Assembly (NCBI GenBank): GCA_963666735.1
Contig: OY762926.1
Coordinates: forward strand, 3,168,001-3,232,000
DNA length: 64,000 nt
Direction of reading: 5' to 3'
Origin: Gemmatimonadota bacterium
GTDB taxonomy: Bacteria > Gemmatimonadota > Gemmatimonadetes > Palauibacterales > Palauibacteraceae
Below, in pieces: positions 9,656 through 19,581 of the stretch. Under the pieces are notes generated by a model. It did not search any database. It had not been told where the DNA came from and saw only the letters and a list, made by a program, of their open reading frames with translations. Both the position numbers and the translations under genes were made by a program. The stretch's first letter is position 1. Every line of letters begins with the position of its first letter.

Positions 9656-12241
9656 TCAGAAGTTGCTCCGATCCGCCTCACACACGGGGGCGGAGCCAAG
9701 CCACCGGGTCGCCCAGCCCGCCGGCCCGGCCGACAGCCACGCATCGCCCGCGAGCCAGTCCATGGCGGGCTCCCCGATCGGCGCGCCCGGAGGCGCGTTC
9801 GGCGTCCCCGGCATCTCGTAGGGCGCCGAGGGCTTCTCGAGGAAGCGCTCGATGTCGCGGTCGACCAGTTGCACGAACGCGGCATCGCTTTCCGGCGGCG
9901 GATTCGCCGCCATCTCGGCTCTCAGGTCCACCAGCTTTCGGGTGGCGAGGGCTCGCACGTGCGGCATGGAGGCCCCATCGGCGAGGGCCATGATGCGGTC
10001 CACGAGCACGCGGTAGGCGGCGAGCCGCAGTTCCGTGTGATAAGGCGACTCGTCGGCCTCGGGGCGGACCGCATCGACCAGCGCGGCCAGCACCTCGGCG
10101 AGCCCCGGCAGGCTCGGGTCGAGCGCGTGCTGCTGCACGAGGCGCGCGGCCCGCGACGGCTCGAGGACGCGCGACACCGTATGGTCCGCCGCCACGACCG
10201 CCGGGGTGACCGCGTCGAAGGCCGGACCCGTGTAGCGCGGGAACGTCTCCCGCGAGCGCCCGAAGCCGGGCGGCCGGGGCGGCAGCAGGTCGAGGACCCC
10301 CGCCGGAACCGCGAGTTCCCGCGGCCTCAGCGTCCTGCCCAGCGCCCGGAGCGCCGCCCGCTGCGCGTCTCCCGACACCCGCTGCAGGGGCGTCCGCCCG
10401 TCCCCGCGGAAAGCGTAGACGTACTCCTGTCCTCCGAGGAGCGAGGCGGCCGCGTCCACCTGGTAGCGGTGGTGCATGTAGAGCGGCACCAGCGCCTCCT
10501 CCACCATCGCGATCGGCCGGCCGGCGCGGATCGCGGCCTCACCGAAGCGGTCCAGCGAGTGCCGCCGCACGTCCATCATCCGTTCGAGTTCCGCCGCTGC
10601 GTCCACCCCGTTCGACCACTGGTCGGCGCGCGCATGGATGTTGATGTCCTGGTTCGTGAGGTAGATGAGATCCTCGTCCCAGGCCGCGTCCAGGATCCGC
10701 CGCAGTTCGGCGGCTTCGTCCGTCCCCTCCGGGAAGTCCGAATACCCGTACACGATCGCGACCTTGTCCCACTCGCCGATGTCCACGTCGTAGACCTCGG
10801 AATAGTCGAGCCGCCCGTCATCGTCCAGCGTCACGAGCGGATGGGGATAGTCCAGGACCGAGATCCGGCCGCGGCTGCTGTCGTAGTAGTTGTGGCCGAG
10901 GCCGAGCGTGTGTCCGACCTCGTGCGCCGACAGCTGCCGGATCCGCGCCAGCGCCCACTCCGCGATGTCCTCCGGCACCTCGTCGCCGTTCGCGTAGGGG
11001 GAGAGCAGGCCTTCGGCGATGAGGTAGTCCTGCCGCCAGCGGAGCGACCCCAGCGTCACGACGCCCTTGAGGATCTCCCCCGTGCGCGGGTCCGTGACGG
11101 AGCCGCCCGTGCTCCAGCCGCGCGTCGAGCGGTGCACCCAGTTGATCACGTTGTAGCGGACGTCGTGCGAACTCACGCCATCCGGCAGCATCTCCACCCT
11201 GAAGCCGTCACGGAACCCGGCCGCCTCGAACGCCTGGTTCCACCACCGCGCGCCCTCCAGAAGCGCCGTCCGGATCGGCTCCGGCGCCCCCGGATCCAGG
11301 TAGTAGACGATCGGCTCTACGGGCTCGCTCATCTCCGCCGCTGGATCCCGCTTCTCGAGCCGGTGCCGCCGGATGAACCGCACGCGCATGTCCTCGCCCA
11401 GCGGCGCCGAGTAGTCGGCATAGCTCATGGCGCCGTACCCGGCCCTCGAGTCGAACGCCCGCGGCGTGTACTCCCCCAGCTCCGGCAGTTGCACGAAGGA
11501 ATGGTGCAGCCGGATCGTCGCCGCCTCACCCGTCGAAGCCACGTTCCCGACCCCCTCGAATCCGCCGCCGCCCCCGAACCCGCCGAAGCCTCCGCCACCC
11601 CCCGGCTGCCGGACGAAGGTGAGCGAGGCCTCGATCTCCGTGTTTTCGGGGAACCCCATCGTCATGGGCAGGTGCACGGCGCTCCGGCCCGCGTCGAACC
11701 GGTACGTCCCCGGCCGCAGCCGCTGCGCCCAGTTGATCATGTCCCGGACCACGAAGTCCGTCGCGTCGACGAGCACGCGCCCGTCCGTCTCCGCCGCCGC
11801 CGTGAAGCCCCACAGCGTGGAGGGCGCGAAGGCGTCCGTCACCGCCTGCACCTCGCGCGGGTTCGGGCTGCTCGCCCGGAAGTCGAGGTTCGGCTGGATC
11901 ATCAGCACCTTCGGCCCCACCCGGTGGAAGCGTACGAGTCGGGATCCGGAGAGCGCCCCGCGGTCGAGGCCGATGTCGTTCGACCCCAGCCCCGAGGCGA
12001 GCCCCGTCATGTGGAGGATGTCGGTGTCCCAGCGCGAGATCTCCAGCCACAGCTTGCCGCTCGACGCTTCCCAGTACATGGGGATGAAGCCGTCGATGGC
12101 CCGCATGGAAGCGGTCTTGTCCTCGATCGACGGGAGTCCGCCCCCGGAGTCCTGCGCCACGATCGAAGCGGGACCGAGGACGAAACCGAGGACGAAGAAA
12201 AAGACGGGAAGAAGCTTCCGGAAACGGGTCGCGGAGTACAC
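9656..12241 (-). CDS. Zinc-dependent metalloprotease (DUF5117/EcxA-like)
   Basis: HEVGHTLGLGHNY zincin motif, EPIVYYLDP, DPRTGEIL; signal peptide. Confidence 0.9.
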   Translation of the reverse strand: MYSATRFRKLLPVFFFVLGFVLGPASIVAQDSGGGLPSIEDKTASMRAIDGFIPMYWEASSGKLWLEISRWDTDILHMTGLASGLGSNDIGLDRGALSGSRLVRFHRVGPKVLMIQPNLDFRASSPNPREVQAVTDAFAPSTLWGFTAAAETDGRVLVDATDFVVRDMINWAQRLRPGTYRFDAGRSAVHLPMTMGFPENTEIEASLTFVRQPGGGGGFGGFGGGGGFEGVGNVASTGEAATIRLHHSFVQLPELGEYTPRAFDSRAGYGAMSYADYSAPLGEDMRVRFIRRHRLEKRDPAAEMSEPVEPIVYYLDPGAPEPIRTALLEGARWWNQAFEAAGFRDGFRVEMLPDGVSSHDVRYNVINWVHRSTRGWSTGGSVTDPRTGEILKGVVTLGSLRWRQDYLIAEGLLSPYANGDEVPEDIAEWALARIRQLSAHEVGHTLGLGHNYYDSSRGRISVLDYPHPLVTLDDDGRLDYSEVYDVDIGEWDKVAIVYGYSDFPEGTDEAAELRRILDAAWDEDLIYLTNQDINIHARADQWSNGVDAAAELERMMDVRRHSLDRFGEAAIRAGRPIAMVEEALVPLYMHHRYQVDAAASLLGGQEYVYAFRGDGRTPLQRVSGDAQRAALRALGRTLRPRELAVPAGVLDLLPPRPPGFGRSRETFPRYTGPAFDAVTPAVVAADHTVSRVLEPSRAARLVQQHALDPSLPGLAEVLAALVDAVRPEADESPYHTELRLAAYRVLVDRIMALADGASMPHVRALATRKLVDLRAEMAANPPPESDAAFVQLVDRDIERFLEKPSAPYEMPGTPNAPPGAPIGEPAMDWLAGDAWLSAGPAGWATRWLGSAPVCEADRSNF

Positions 12242-12335
12242 AGATGCCTCCTGTAGACTGAAACTGGACGATTCCCCCGGAGCCTCGGGGGAACGGGCTT
12301 TGCCAAGGGCAACTACACAGTACGACGGCGGACCG

Positions 12336-13796
12336 CTACCGGGCGATTGCCGCGGTCACCTCGCCGATGATGTCCGACAGATAGGCCCCGGTGTTCCCGG
12401 GGCTCGGACCGAGCCGGACGATCACGAGATCATGGGACGGGATGATGGCCGTGTACTGTCCCATGAACCCGGCCGCCCAGTATGCGTCCTCCGGCGCCCG
12501 GGGAAGCGCGCCGCCCCGGTTGAGCCAGAACAGCCCGCCGTACTCCAGAGCTTCGGCGCCCGGAGCGGGCGCGCTCACGAACTCCACCCAGCCCTCGGGA
12601 AGAATGCGGTCGCTTCCGCCATCGGGCGTCGGCCACACGCCGTCCCGCAGGTGGAGGAGGCCGAACCGGGCCCAGTCCCACGCGCTCCCGTAGTCGTAGC
12701 CGGTGATGATGAAGTTGCCCCACGCGTCCGTCTCGAGGACGTAGTTCCGCGCCCCGATGCGGTCGAACAGGATGCGCTGCGGATACGTGAGCCAGTCCTC
12801 GCCGCGCGCCTCGACCGCCTCCCGCACGATGTGGTTGGCCGTCAGCGGGTCGGAATTCCGGTAGCGGAAGATCGCGCCCGGCAGGGTGTCCATCGGCTGG
12901 TCGATGGCGTGCTCGAACACGTCGATCCCCTCGAAGTAGATCCGGAAGTGCTCGTTGGCGTGCGTCCACGACAGCGAGTCCGTCAGGCCCAGATTCAGGA
13001 AGTCGAGGCCCGAACTCATGTTCAGGATGTCCCGGACGCGGATCTCCCGGCGCGGGTCGTCCTCCCCGTGCCATTCGGGCACGGGCACGGGGTCGTCGAG
13101 TCCGGCGTCGAGGTGGCCGGCCTGGATCGCCGCGCCGACGAGTGCGCTCGCGATGCTCTTCCCCTGGGACCACGAGATCTGCGGCGTGTTGCGCGTGAAG
13201 CCGGGGGCGTAGCGCTCGCCGAGGATCTTGCCCGCGTAGATGACCACGAGGGCGCGCGTGTTGTGCTCCGTCTGAGCCATCGTCCAGTCGAGGGCCGCGT
13301 CGAGCGCCTCCATGTCGACCTCCGGCGGTGGCATCTCGTGGTAGGCGCCCACGTCACCCGTCGGCCAGGCCGTCACCGCCGGATCGGGGCTTAGCCGCTC
13401 GACGATCCGCGGCTCGTACGCGACATCCTCGAGGCCGGCAGGCAGGATCGTGCAGCCCTGGTCCCCGTTGTACTCGGCGGACCGTGTACCGAAGTCCGCC
13501 GCCGAGACGGAGGCGGTGCCCGTCTCGTAGTTCACGTCGTACTCGAAGTCGTCCTGCCAGTTGAACAGCGGGAAGCGCCGAATGTCCCGCGCCACCACCT
13601 CGTCGACGGACCGCTCGTAGTCCCGCCCCACGACGAACACGCCCGAGCAGATGTGGTGTGCCGCCATCCCCGCGATGTGCGAGCGCTCGTGGGCCGTCCC
13701 GTCCTCCTCCGCAGGGAGGGGCTCTTGCGCGCAGCCCGGCGCCAGGAGCGCGGTCCCCAGCGCCGCGATGCTGCAGAACCGACGACGAAACCCCAT
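12336..13796 (-). CDS. Serine hydrolase, beta-lactamase/AmpC-like family (lipoprotein)
   Basis: SWSQGKS (SxxK), FRYRNSD, WARFGLL, AAGFMGQ; LAPGC lipobox. Confidence 0.87.
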   Translation of the reverse strand: MGFRRRFCSIAALGTALLAPGCAQEPLPAEEDGTAHERSHIAGMAAHHICSGVFVVGRDYERSVDEVVARDIRRFPLFNWQDDFEYDVNYETGTASVSAADFGTRSAEYNGDQGCTILPAGLEDVAYEPRIVERLSPDPAVTAWPTGDVGAYHEMPPPEVDMEALDAALDWTMAQTEHNTRALVVIYAGKILGERYAPGFTRNTPQISWSQGKSIASALVGAAIQAGHLDAGLDDPVPVPEWHGEDDPRREIRVRDILNMSSGLDFLNLGLTDSLSWTHANEHFRIYFEGIDVFEHAIDQPMDTLPGAIFRYRNSDPLTANHIVREAVEARGEDWLTYPQRILFDRIGARNYVLETDAWGNFIITGYDYGSAWDWARFGLLHLRDGVWPTPDGGSDRILPEGWVEFVSAPAPGAEALEYGGLFWLNRGGALPRAPEDAYWAAGFMGQYTAIIPSHDLVIVRLGPSPGNTGAYLSDIIGEVTAAIAR

Positions 13797-13962
13797 GCGA
13801 ACCTCCGTCCGAACCTCGGTGCAAGACCCTCATGCCAGTGCCGGCGGCCGGTCGGCGGCCCCGCTCGTAGCTGAGCGCATCGGGCGCGTCCCGCGCAAGG
13901 GTCCACAACGCTTCCGGCGGGATCCGTGTCGTTTCCGATGAAGGGGCTCCAACGGACGCAGA

Positions 13963-14010
13963 GGAAAGCAGCCCGGAAAGCAGCCCGGGAAGCAGCCAGG
14001 GAAGAAACGC
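13963..14010 (+). repeat. 12-bp tandem repeat (GGAAAGCAGCCC x2 plus two degenerate units)
   Basis: Directly visible upstream of the RBS of the gene at 14029. Confidence 0.75.
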
Positions 14011-14028
14011 AGGAACGGGAGGATATCG

Positions 14029-14415
14029 ATGAGAAAGATGATCGGAGCGTTCGCTCTCCTGATGGTCGCGCTCGCCGCCGCGCCGCCGCTGGAGGCTCAG
14101 GCTCAGCGGGGCGGCCGCGGCTTCGGCATGAGTCTCGACGACCAGATGACGGCCCTCACCGAGCGGCTCGCGCTGGACGAGGAACAGGTCGTGACGGTCC
14201 GCGAGATCCTCCAGGCGCAGATCGAGAGCCGTCAGGAGCGCTTCCAGGGCGCGCGGGGTTCGATGGACCGGAGCGCCATGATGGAAATGATGCGGGAACT
14301 GCAGCAGGAGACGGAGACGAAGCTCGCCGAGGTGCTGAGCGACGAGCAGCTGGAGAAGTACCGGGAATACGTGGCCGAGCAGCAGCAACGGCCCCGGCCT
14401 CCGCTCTCCCTCTGA
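14029..14415 (+). CDS. Secreted helical protein (Spy/CpxP-like)
   Basis: Signal peptide, L.L..EQ...V..IL and VLSDEQ..KY patterns; RBS GGAGG. Confidence 0.7.
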   Translation: MRKMIGAFALLMVALAAAPPLEAQAQRGGRGFGMSLDDQMTALTERLALDEEQVVTVREILQAQIESRQERFQGARGSMDRSAMMEMMRELQQETETKLAEVLSDEQLEKYREYVAEQQQRPRPPLSL

Positions 14416-14428
14416 CCGCGCGGGGTGG

Positions 14429-15382
14429 CTACCTGGAGGCTGGCGCCCGCACGGTCGCCGGCCTCGGGCCGCCCTTCGGCGCCCGCCCCCGCTGTACCAG
14501 CACGACTCCCGCCACGATGATCACGGTGCCCGCCAGCATCGGCAGCGTGAACGCCTCGTTCGCGAGCCACCAGCCCAGAAAGAGCGCCACCACCGGGTTC
14601 ACGTACGCGTACGTGCCCACGGCCGCCGGCCGCACTTTGCGCAGGAGCCATATGTAGGCCGAGAAGGCGACGATCGACCCCATGACGGCCAGATAGAGCA
14701 GCGACAGCCACGACCGCAGGGACACGTCGCCGAGCGACAGGCGCCCGAACTCCCCCGCCGCGAGCCCGATGAGCAGCAGGATCATCCCTCCGGCGGCCAT
14801 CGTGAGCGCCGTGCCGTAGAGCGGCGGCTGCGGCAGCGCGGCCCGCCGGTTGTACATCGAGCCGATGGCCCAACTGATCGACGCCGCCACGACGACGAGC
14901 GCTCCGGCCACGACCTGGTTCGCGCTCGCCCCGCGAATCCCGATTTCCGCCCCGGAACTGCTCACGAGGAGGACGACCCCGCCCAGCCCCAGGACGAGCC
15001 CCGCGACCTCCAGCGCGCTCGCGGTCTCACGATCCGGTCCGAGGCGCGCGATCGCGACCAGCCACAGCGGTACCGCGGCCACGAGAAGGGCGGATAGCCC
15101 CGAGGGCACGTACTGCGCCGCCCAGCACACGAGTCCGTTGCCGCCTGCGACCATGAACACACCCGAGACCGTGGCGGCCCTCCATTCGCGAGGCCTCGGA
15201 GCCGGCGCGCCGCGAAGCCGGGACACGACCGCGAGGACCACGCCGGCCGCGAGGAAGCGCGTGCCCCCGAGGAGGAACGGTGGAATCGTCTCGACGCCGA
15301 AGCGGATCGCCAGGTAGGTCGACCCCCACACCAGGTAAACCGCCGCGAACGCGAGCAGCAGATCAACCTTGCTCCGGTTCAA
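14429..15382 (-). CDS. EamA/DMT family transporter (YedA-like)
   Basis: VYLVWGSTYLAIR, GSIVAFSAYIWLL, YAYVNPVVA. Confidence 0.92.
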   Translation of the reverse strand: MNRSKVDLLLAFAAVYLVWGSTYLAIRFGVETIPPFLLGGTRFLAAGVVLAVVSRLRGAPAPRPREWRAATVSGVFMVAGGNGLVCWAAQYVPSGLSALLVAAVPLWLVAIARLGPDRETASALEVAGLVLGLGGVVLLVSSSGAEIGIRGASANQVVAGALVVVAASISWAIGSMYNRRAALPQPPLYGTALTMAAGGMILLLIGLAAGEFGRLSLGDVSLRSWLSLLYLAVMGSIVAFSAYIWLLRKVRPAAVGTYAYVNPVVALFLGWWLANEAFTLPMLAGTVIIVAGVVLVQRGRAPKGGPRPATVRAPASR

Positions 15383-16779
15383 GCCCGGGTCCTTCGGTCA
15401 CGCGCCCGCGTGACGGCGTAGATGACGAGGCCGACGGCGATGAGCCCCAGTCCCAGCCCCGCTTCGAGGGGCCGGTCGCGCAGGATGTAGGCCAGCGTCC
15501 AGCCCGTCACCGCCAGGAAGATGAGCGGCGTGACGGGATAGCCCCAGGTCCGGTACGGCTGGTCCGTTTCGGGTGTCTCGGCCGACGCGCCGCTCTCGCC
15601 TCGCGCGGGTCTTCCGTCTCCCCCGGCACCGGCCACCCCCCCCGGGATCCGGCCCGAGGCTTGCCTCCGGCGCAGGAGGAACACCCCGCCCGCCGCCAGG
15701 AAGGTGTTGAGGCCCATCGTGAAACCGGAGAAGACGAGGATGGTTTCGAAGGATTCCGTGAGGATGAAGAGAAGGCTGATCGCCGCCTGCGTGAAGACAG
15801 CCACGCCGGGCGTCCCCCGCGCGTTGATCGAACTCAGGAGCCGGAAGGTCGGGTGGTCCTCGCCGATCGCCTGGAGGACGCGCGGACCCGCGAGCACCAT
15901 GGCGCTCACGGTGGAGACGAGGAGGAGCGCGAGGGTGATCCCCATCAGGTCGGCCCCGACCGGCCCGAAGATGTACCCCGCCGCGATGTATCCCACCTCG
16001 AGCCGTCCCACCATCGCCTCGGCGGGAGCGGCCCGCAGGAAGACGTAGTTGAGCCCGACGTAGAGCAGCATCACGAGCATCGTCCCGATGGCCAGCGCGC
16101 GGGGGAGCGTCCGCCGGGGGTCGCGGAGTTCGCCCGTCACATACGTGGCGGCGTTCCAGCCCGAATACGAGTACGACACGAAGATGAGCGACACGGCGAA
16201 GCCGGCGGAGAACACGTTCGAGACGCCGTCGGCCGAGGGGAGCACGCCGATGTCCCGGGGTTCCGCGACGAGGGACAGCCCGGCCGCGACGATGGCGAGG
16301 ATCAGCGCCACCTTGGCCGTCGTCGACCAGCGCTGAAAGCCGCCCGAGGTCCGGTGGGTGCGCCCATGGACGACCGAGAGCAGCACGACGAGCCCGACCG
16401 CGAGCCACCGGGCGGGCAGCACCGGAAAGACGGACGAGAGGTACGTCCCGAACGTGATCGCGGCCAGCGCGGTGGGCGCCGCGAACCCGATCGTGGCCGA
16501 AATCCAACCCGAGACGAAACCGGCGGCCGGGTGGTAGATGTGGGAGAGGAACGTGTATTCGCCACCCGAGCGCCGGATCGTCGATCCGAGCTCGGCGTAG
16601 GTGAGGGCGCCGCACACGGCCGCGACCCCGCCCACGACCCACAGCATCAAGAGGGCGAACCCGGATCTCAGAGCCTCGAGCTGGAACCCGAGGCTCGTGA
16701 AGACGCCGGTCCCGATCATGTTGGCGACGACGACCGCCGCCGCCGTATGGAGGCCGAACCCGGCCCTGGGCGCCCTCAG
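15379..16779 (-). CDS. APC family amino acid permease
   Basis: VANMIGTGVF, ELGS..RSGGEY, YSYSGWNAA; TM1 extends upstream of ATG 16719, so the start is uncertain (CTG at 16779 overlaps the upstream stop). Confidence 0.85.
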   Translation of the reverse strand: MRAPRAGFGLHTAAAVVVANMIGTGVFTSLGFQLEALRSGFALLMLWVVGGVAAVCGALTYAELGSTIRRSGGEYTFLSHIYHPAAGFVSGWISATIGFAAPTALAAITFGTYLSSVFPVLPARWLAVGLVVLLSVVHGRTHRTSGGFQRWSTTAKVALILAIVAAGLSLVAEPRDIGVLPSADGVSNVFSAGFAVSLIFVSYSYSGWNAATYVTGELRDPRRTLPRALAIGTMLVMLLYVGLNYVFLRAAPAEAMVGRLEVGYIAAGYIFGPVGADLMGITLALLLVSTVSAMVLAGPRVLQAIGEDHPTFRLLSSINARGTPGVAVFTQAAISLLFILTESFETILVFSGFTMGLNTFLAAGGVFLLRRRQASGRIPGGVAGAGGDGRPARGESGASAETPETDQPYRTWGYPVTPLIFLAVTGWTLAYILRDRPLEAGLGLGLIAVGLVIYAVTRARDRRTRA

Positions 16780-18116
16780 GGAATGGGCTCGGCCAGGCCT
16801 GCCTCGCTCACCAGCAGGAGGAGGTTCGCCTGGATCCCGAGGTGGCCGTCACGGTTGATCCACCACTCGCCGGGGGAGTGGGCGCCGCTTCCCACGCCCC
16901 CGCTTCCGATCGTCACCGCGGGGATGCCGAGTGCGATCGGGATGTTCGAGTCGGTGGAAGAGCGGGTGAGCTGAGGCTCGGTCCCGAAGACCCGCATGAC
17001 CTCGCTGGCTCGTTCCACGAGCGGATGGTCGTCCGCGACCTCTCCCGAGGGACGGTCTCCGATCTGGTCGAGTTCAAGCTCGATCTCGGGTCCGTCGCGG
17101 CGCAGCGCGTTCTCCTCGTCCAGCGCCCGTCGCATCGCGTCCCGGAACGCGGCGTCGATGCGGCCGAGACTCTCCTCGCTCACCGAACGCATGTCCACCT
17201 CCATCCACGCCTCGAAGGGGATCGCGTTCACCGACGTCCCGCCTCCCATGCGGCCCACGTTGTAGCTCGTGCGGGGCCCCGAGCGCGTGAGCGTATCCGC
17301 CACGTCCTGGAAGTGGCGGATCCCGCGTCCCAGCGCGTGGGCCGGGTTCGCGAGCCCGAACGCCCCCCAAGAATGGCCGCCCGGGCCCCGGAAGGTGACG
17401 CGGAAACGATGGGAGCCCAGCCCCTTGTTCACGATCCGGCCCAGCCCCGTGCCGTCGATGTCGATCCACGTGTGGATCGGGTCCGCGCCATCGCGAAACA
17501 AATACTTCATCCCGCGCAGGTCGCCGAGCCCCTCCTCTCCGACCGTCCCGATGAACCGAACGTCTGCCTCCGTCTCGATGCCGGCGGCCTCGAGCGCCCG
17601 CAGCACCGTGAGCACCGCCATGAGGCCGCGCGTGTCGTCGCCGATGCCGGGGGCGAACAGCGTGTCCCCGCGCTGCGTGACCGTCACGTCGACATCCTCC
17701 GGGAACACCGTGTCCAGGTGCCCGGACAGGGCAACCGTCCTGCGTCCTCCGTCTTCTGTCGAGCCGCGCTCTCCGCCCCGGCCGTAGCGGATCGCGACGG
17801 CGTTGCCCTCCTCGTCGATGAACACGGAGTCGGCGCCGGCCTCGCCAAGCCACTCCGCGTAGACCTGTGCGCGCTCGCCTTCCATGAAGGGGGGCGCCGG
17901 AACCTGCGTGAGTTCGATGAGTTCGCGGATCGTCCTCGGCTCGAGTTCCTCGATGATGCTGAAGGCGTTCCGCACCGCGGGATGCTCGGCGAGGCGCCGG
18001 ACCTCGTCGCCCGGTGTCTGGCCGGACAGCCGGGAAGTGCCACCCGCGAAGAGGGCGGTGCCCACGAGGACTGGGACGACGGATCCGGCGACGATAGGGG
18101 CGTGTGGTCCGCGCAT
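16776..18116 (-). CDS. M20/M25/M40 family metallopeptidase
   Basis: GHLDTVF, PGIGDDTRG, VGEEGLGDL, GGHSW, STDSNIP. Confidence 0.92.
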   Translation of the reverse strand: MRGPHAPIVAGSVVPVLVGTALFAGGTSRLSGQTPGDEVRRLAEHPAVRNAFSIIEELEPRTIRELIELTQVPAPPFMEGERAQVYAEWLGEAGADSVFIDEEGNAVAIRYGRGGERGSTEDGGRRTVALSGHLDTVFPEDVDVTVTQRGDTLFAPGIGDDTRGLMAVLTVLRALEAAGIETEADVRFIGTVGEEGLGDLRGMKYLFRDGADPIHTWIDIDGTGLGRIVNKGLGSHRFRVTFRGPGGHSWGAFGLANPAHALGRGIRHFQDVADTLTRSGPRTSYNVGRMGGGTSVNAIPFEAWMEVDMRSVSEESLGRIDAAFRDAMRRALDEENALRRDGPEIELELDQIGDRPSGEVADDHPLVERASEVMRVFGTEPQLTRSSTDSNIPIALGIPAVTIGSGGVGSGAHSPGEWWINRDGHLGIQANLLLLVSEAGLAEPIP

Positions 18117-18238
18117 GGTGTCCGAGTCTCCCGGAAGAGGTCAGCCTGCCGCGAAGCTACCGGACGCTGCTCGCCGCGCCGGATGCGGGCGCGAGGAGAG
18201 ACGGCGTTACCGTCGGCGGCGCAAGGCTACGACGCAGT

Positions 18239-18465
18239 TGTAGATTCCACGATGGTTGTTCGCCGGACTGACGAGTGGTGAACGTGCACAAGAATGCGAC
18301 GTTGACGCCCGCGGGGCGAGCCGTGCTGGTGAGACGGATCGAGGCGGGGGAGCCGGTCGAGGCCGAGATGGGCTGAGCCGCCGGGCGGGGTTCAAGTGGC
18401 TCAAGCGCTGGAGCGGTCCGCGGATCGTACGGCCCGGACACCGGATCGACGGGGACCGGAGCAGG
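18239..18465 (+). mobile_element. Degenerate IS481-family element (left end plus fragments of the transposase)
   Basis: TGTAG-type end at 18239; GTG 18278 MNVHKNATLTPAGRAVLVRRIE; after a frameshift FKWLKRW..VRPGHRIDGDRS. Confidence 0.75.
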
Positions 18466-18469
18466 ACGG

Positions 18470-19531
18470 TCATGATGTGTCCTTTCGCCGGGCGACCAGA
18501 ATACGGTTAGGCTGGAGCCGTTGCGGATCCCCAAACCAAAACTCGTCCCCGTCCACGAAAAGCAGCCTCGGGACACCACGTACCTGTACAAGCGGGATGC
18601 CGTCGCGGTCCATGATAACCAGATCCCACTCGTACTCGATCCCGCGCATGTGTCCTATGGTGACGACCAGCCCATTACCCCCGGCGACCTGTACACGAGA
18701 TACCTGTGCAACCGAGTCCAGTGCCGTACCCGTCTCCGATACGTCGACTTGACGGTCAAAGCCAGGCAGCGCCGCACGCGGGCGTACGACCGGGATGGGT
18801 ATCTTGGTCAATAGGTCACCGCCCAAGCTGTACTGGTAGATCGTATCGGACAGGGACCACACCGCCCAAATGGTATCGCGTACCACTGAGGCGCTAGCCG
18901 CCGCAAATGCACTGGCGGTGGGACGGTCTCGATCCGAAACGCCCATGGGAAGGAAACTGCGGTCGATGCGGTCCGTTTCCATGTCCCATATGTGAAGGAA
19001 ACGCGGGCGGTCGGCCGACTGGTTCCCAATGCCCGTCAAGAGGAGTTTTCCTTCGCCTAGATCGTGTACATCAAGAAGCATGGCTACCGGCGCGGCGTCA
19101 ATTAGCGTGTCCGGACCGAGGAAGGTCAACCGGCCTAGCAAGATGTCGGGTACGACGATTCTACCGTCAACCGTACGGCGTGCGGAGATAGGCATCTGGA
19201 ACTCGCCCGGTCCGCCACCCGTCCTGCCGTGTACGGCACGGAGTGTGCCATCACGACCGTACTCCCTGATTTGTGACTCCCGCGGTTCCACTACGAGTAG
19301 CCCGTCCGGGCCGTCGGTGGTGACCCTGGGTCCGACCGTTACTACATCGTCGGTCTCCTCCAAGGTCACCACTCGCACAACCTCGAACACTTCCTCGAAC
19401 GCGTTCATGTCCACCACGGGTTCCGCCGAGATTCGCGATGCGGCACCGTCGCCTTCGGCGCATGCGCTACCACCCAGGAAAACGATAAGCGGGAGGAACC
19501 TGCAGGTGCTGCGTGAACCGGATGCGTTCAT
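18470..19531 (-). CDS. 6-bladed beta-propeller-like lipoprotein, atypical composition
   Basis: SAC lipobox-like signal, GGGPGEF motif; visibly more A/T-rich than neighbours. Confidence 0.65.
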   Translation of the reverse strand: MNASGSRSTCRFLPLIVFLGGSACAEGDGAASRISAEPVVDMNAFEEVFEVVRVVTLEETDDVVTVGPRVTTDGPDGLLVVEPRESQIREYGRDGTLRAVHGRTGGGPGEFQMPISARRTVDGRIVVPDILLGRLTFLGPDTLIDAAPVAMLLDVHDLGEGKLLLTGIGNQSADRPRFLHIWDMETDRIDRSFLPMGVSDRDRPTASAFAAASASVVRDTIWAVWSLSDTIYQYSLGGDLLTKIPIPVVRPRAALPGFDRQVDVSETGTALDSVAQVSRVQVAGGNGLVVTIGHMRGIEYEWDLVIMDRDGIPLVQVRGVPRLLFVDGDEFWFGDPQRLQPNRILVARRKDTS

Positions 19532-19581
19532 GGTGTTCCCCGAGAAACGACGCCGTGAGTAGAGGGCGGATCAACCGTCAT

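Noticed and set aside
9869..12256. Long antisense or alternate-frame ORFs (e.g. 9869..12256, 1829..4012, 47519..49858, 37401..39431, 61281..63848)
   Set aside because: Shadow ORFs expected at this GC content; they have no motifs and overlap well-supported genes.
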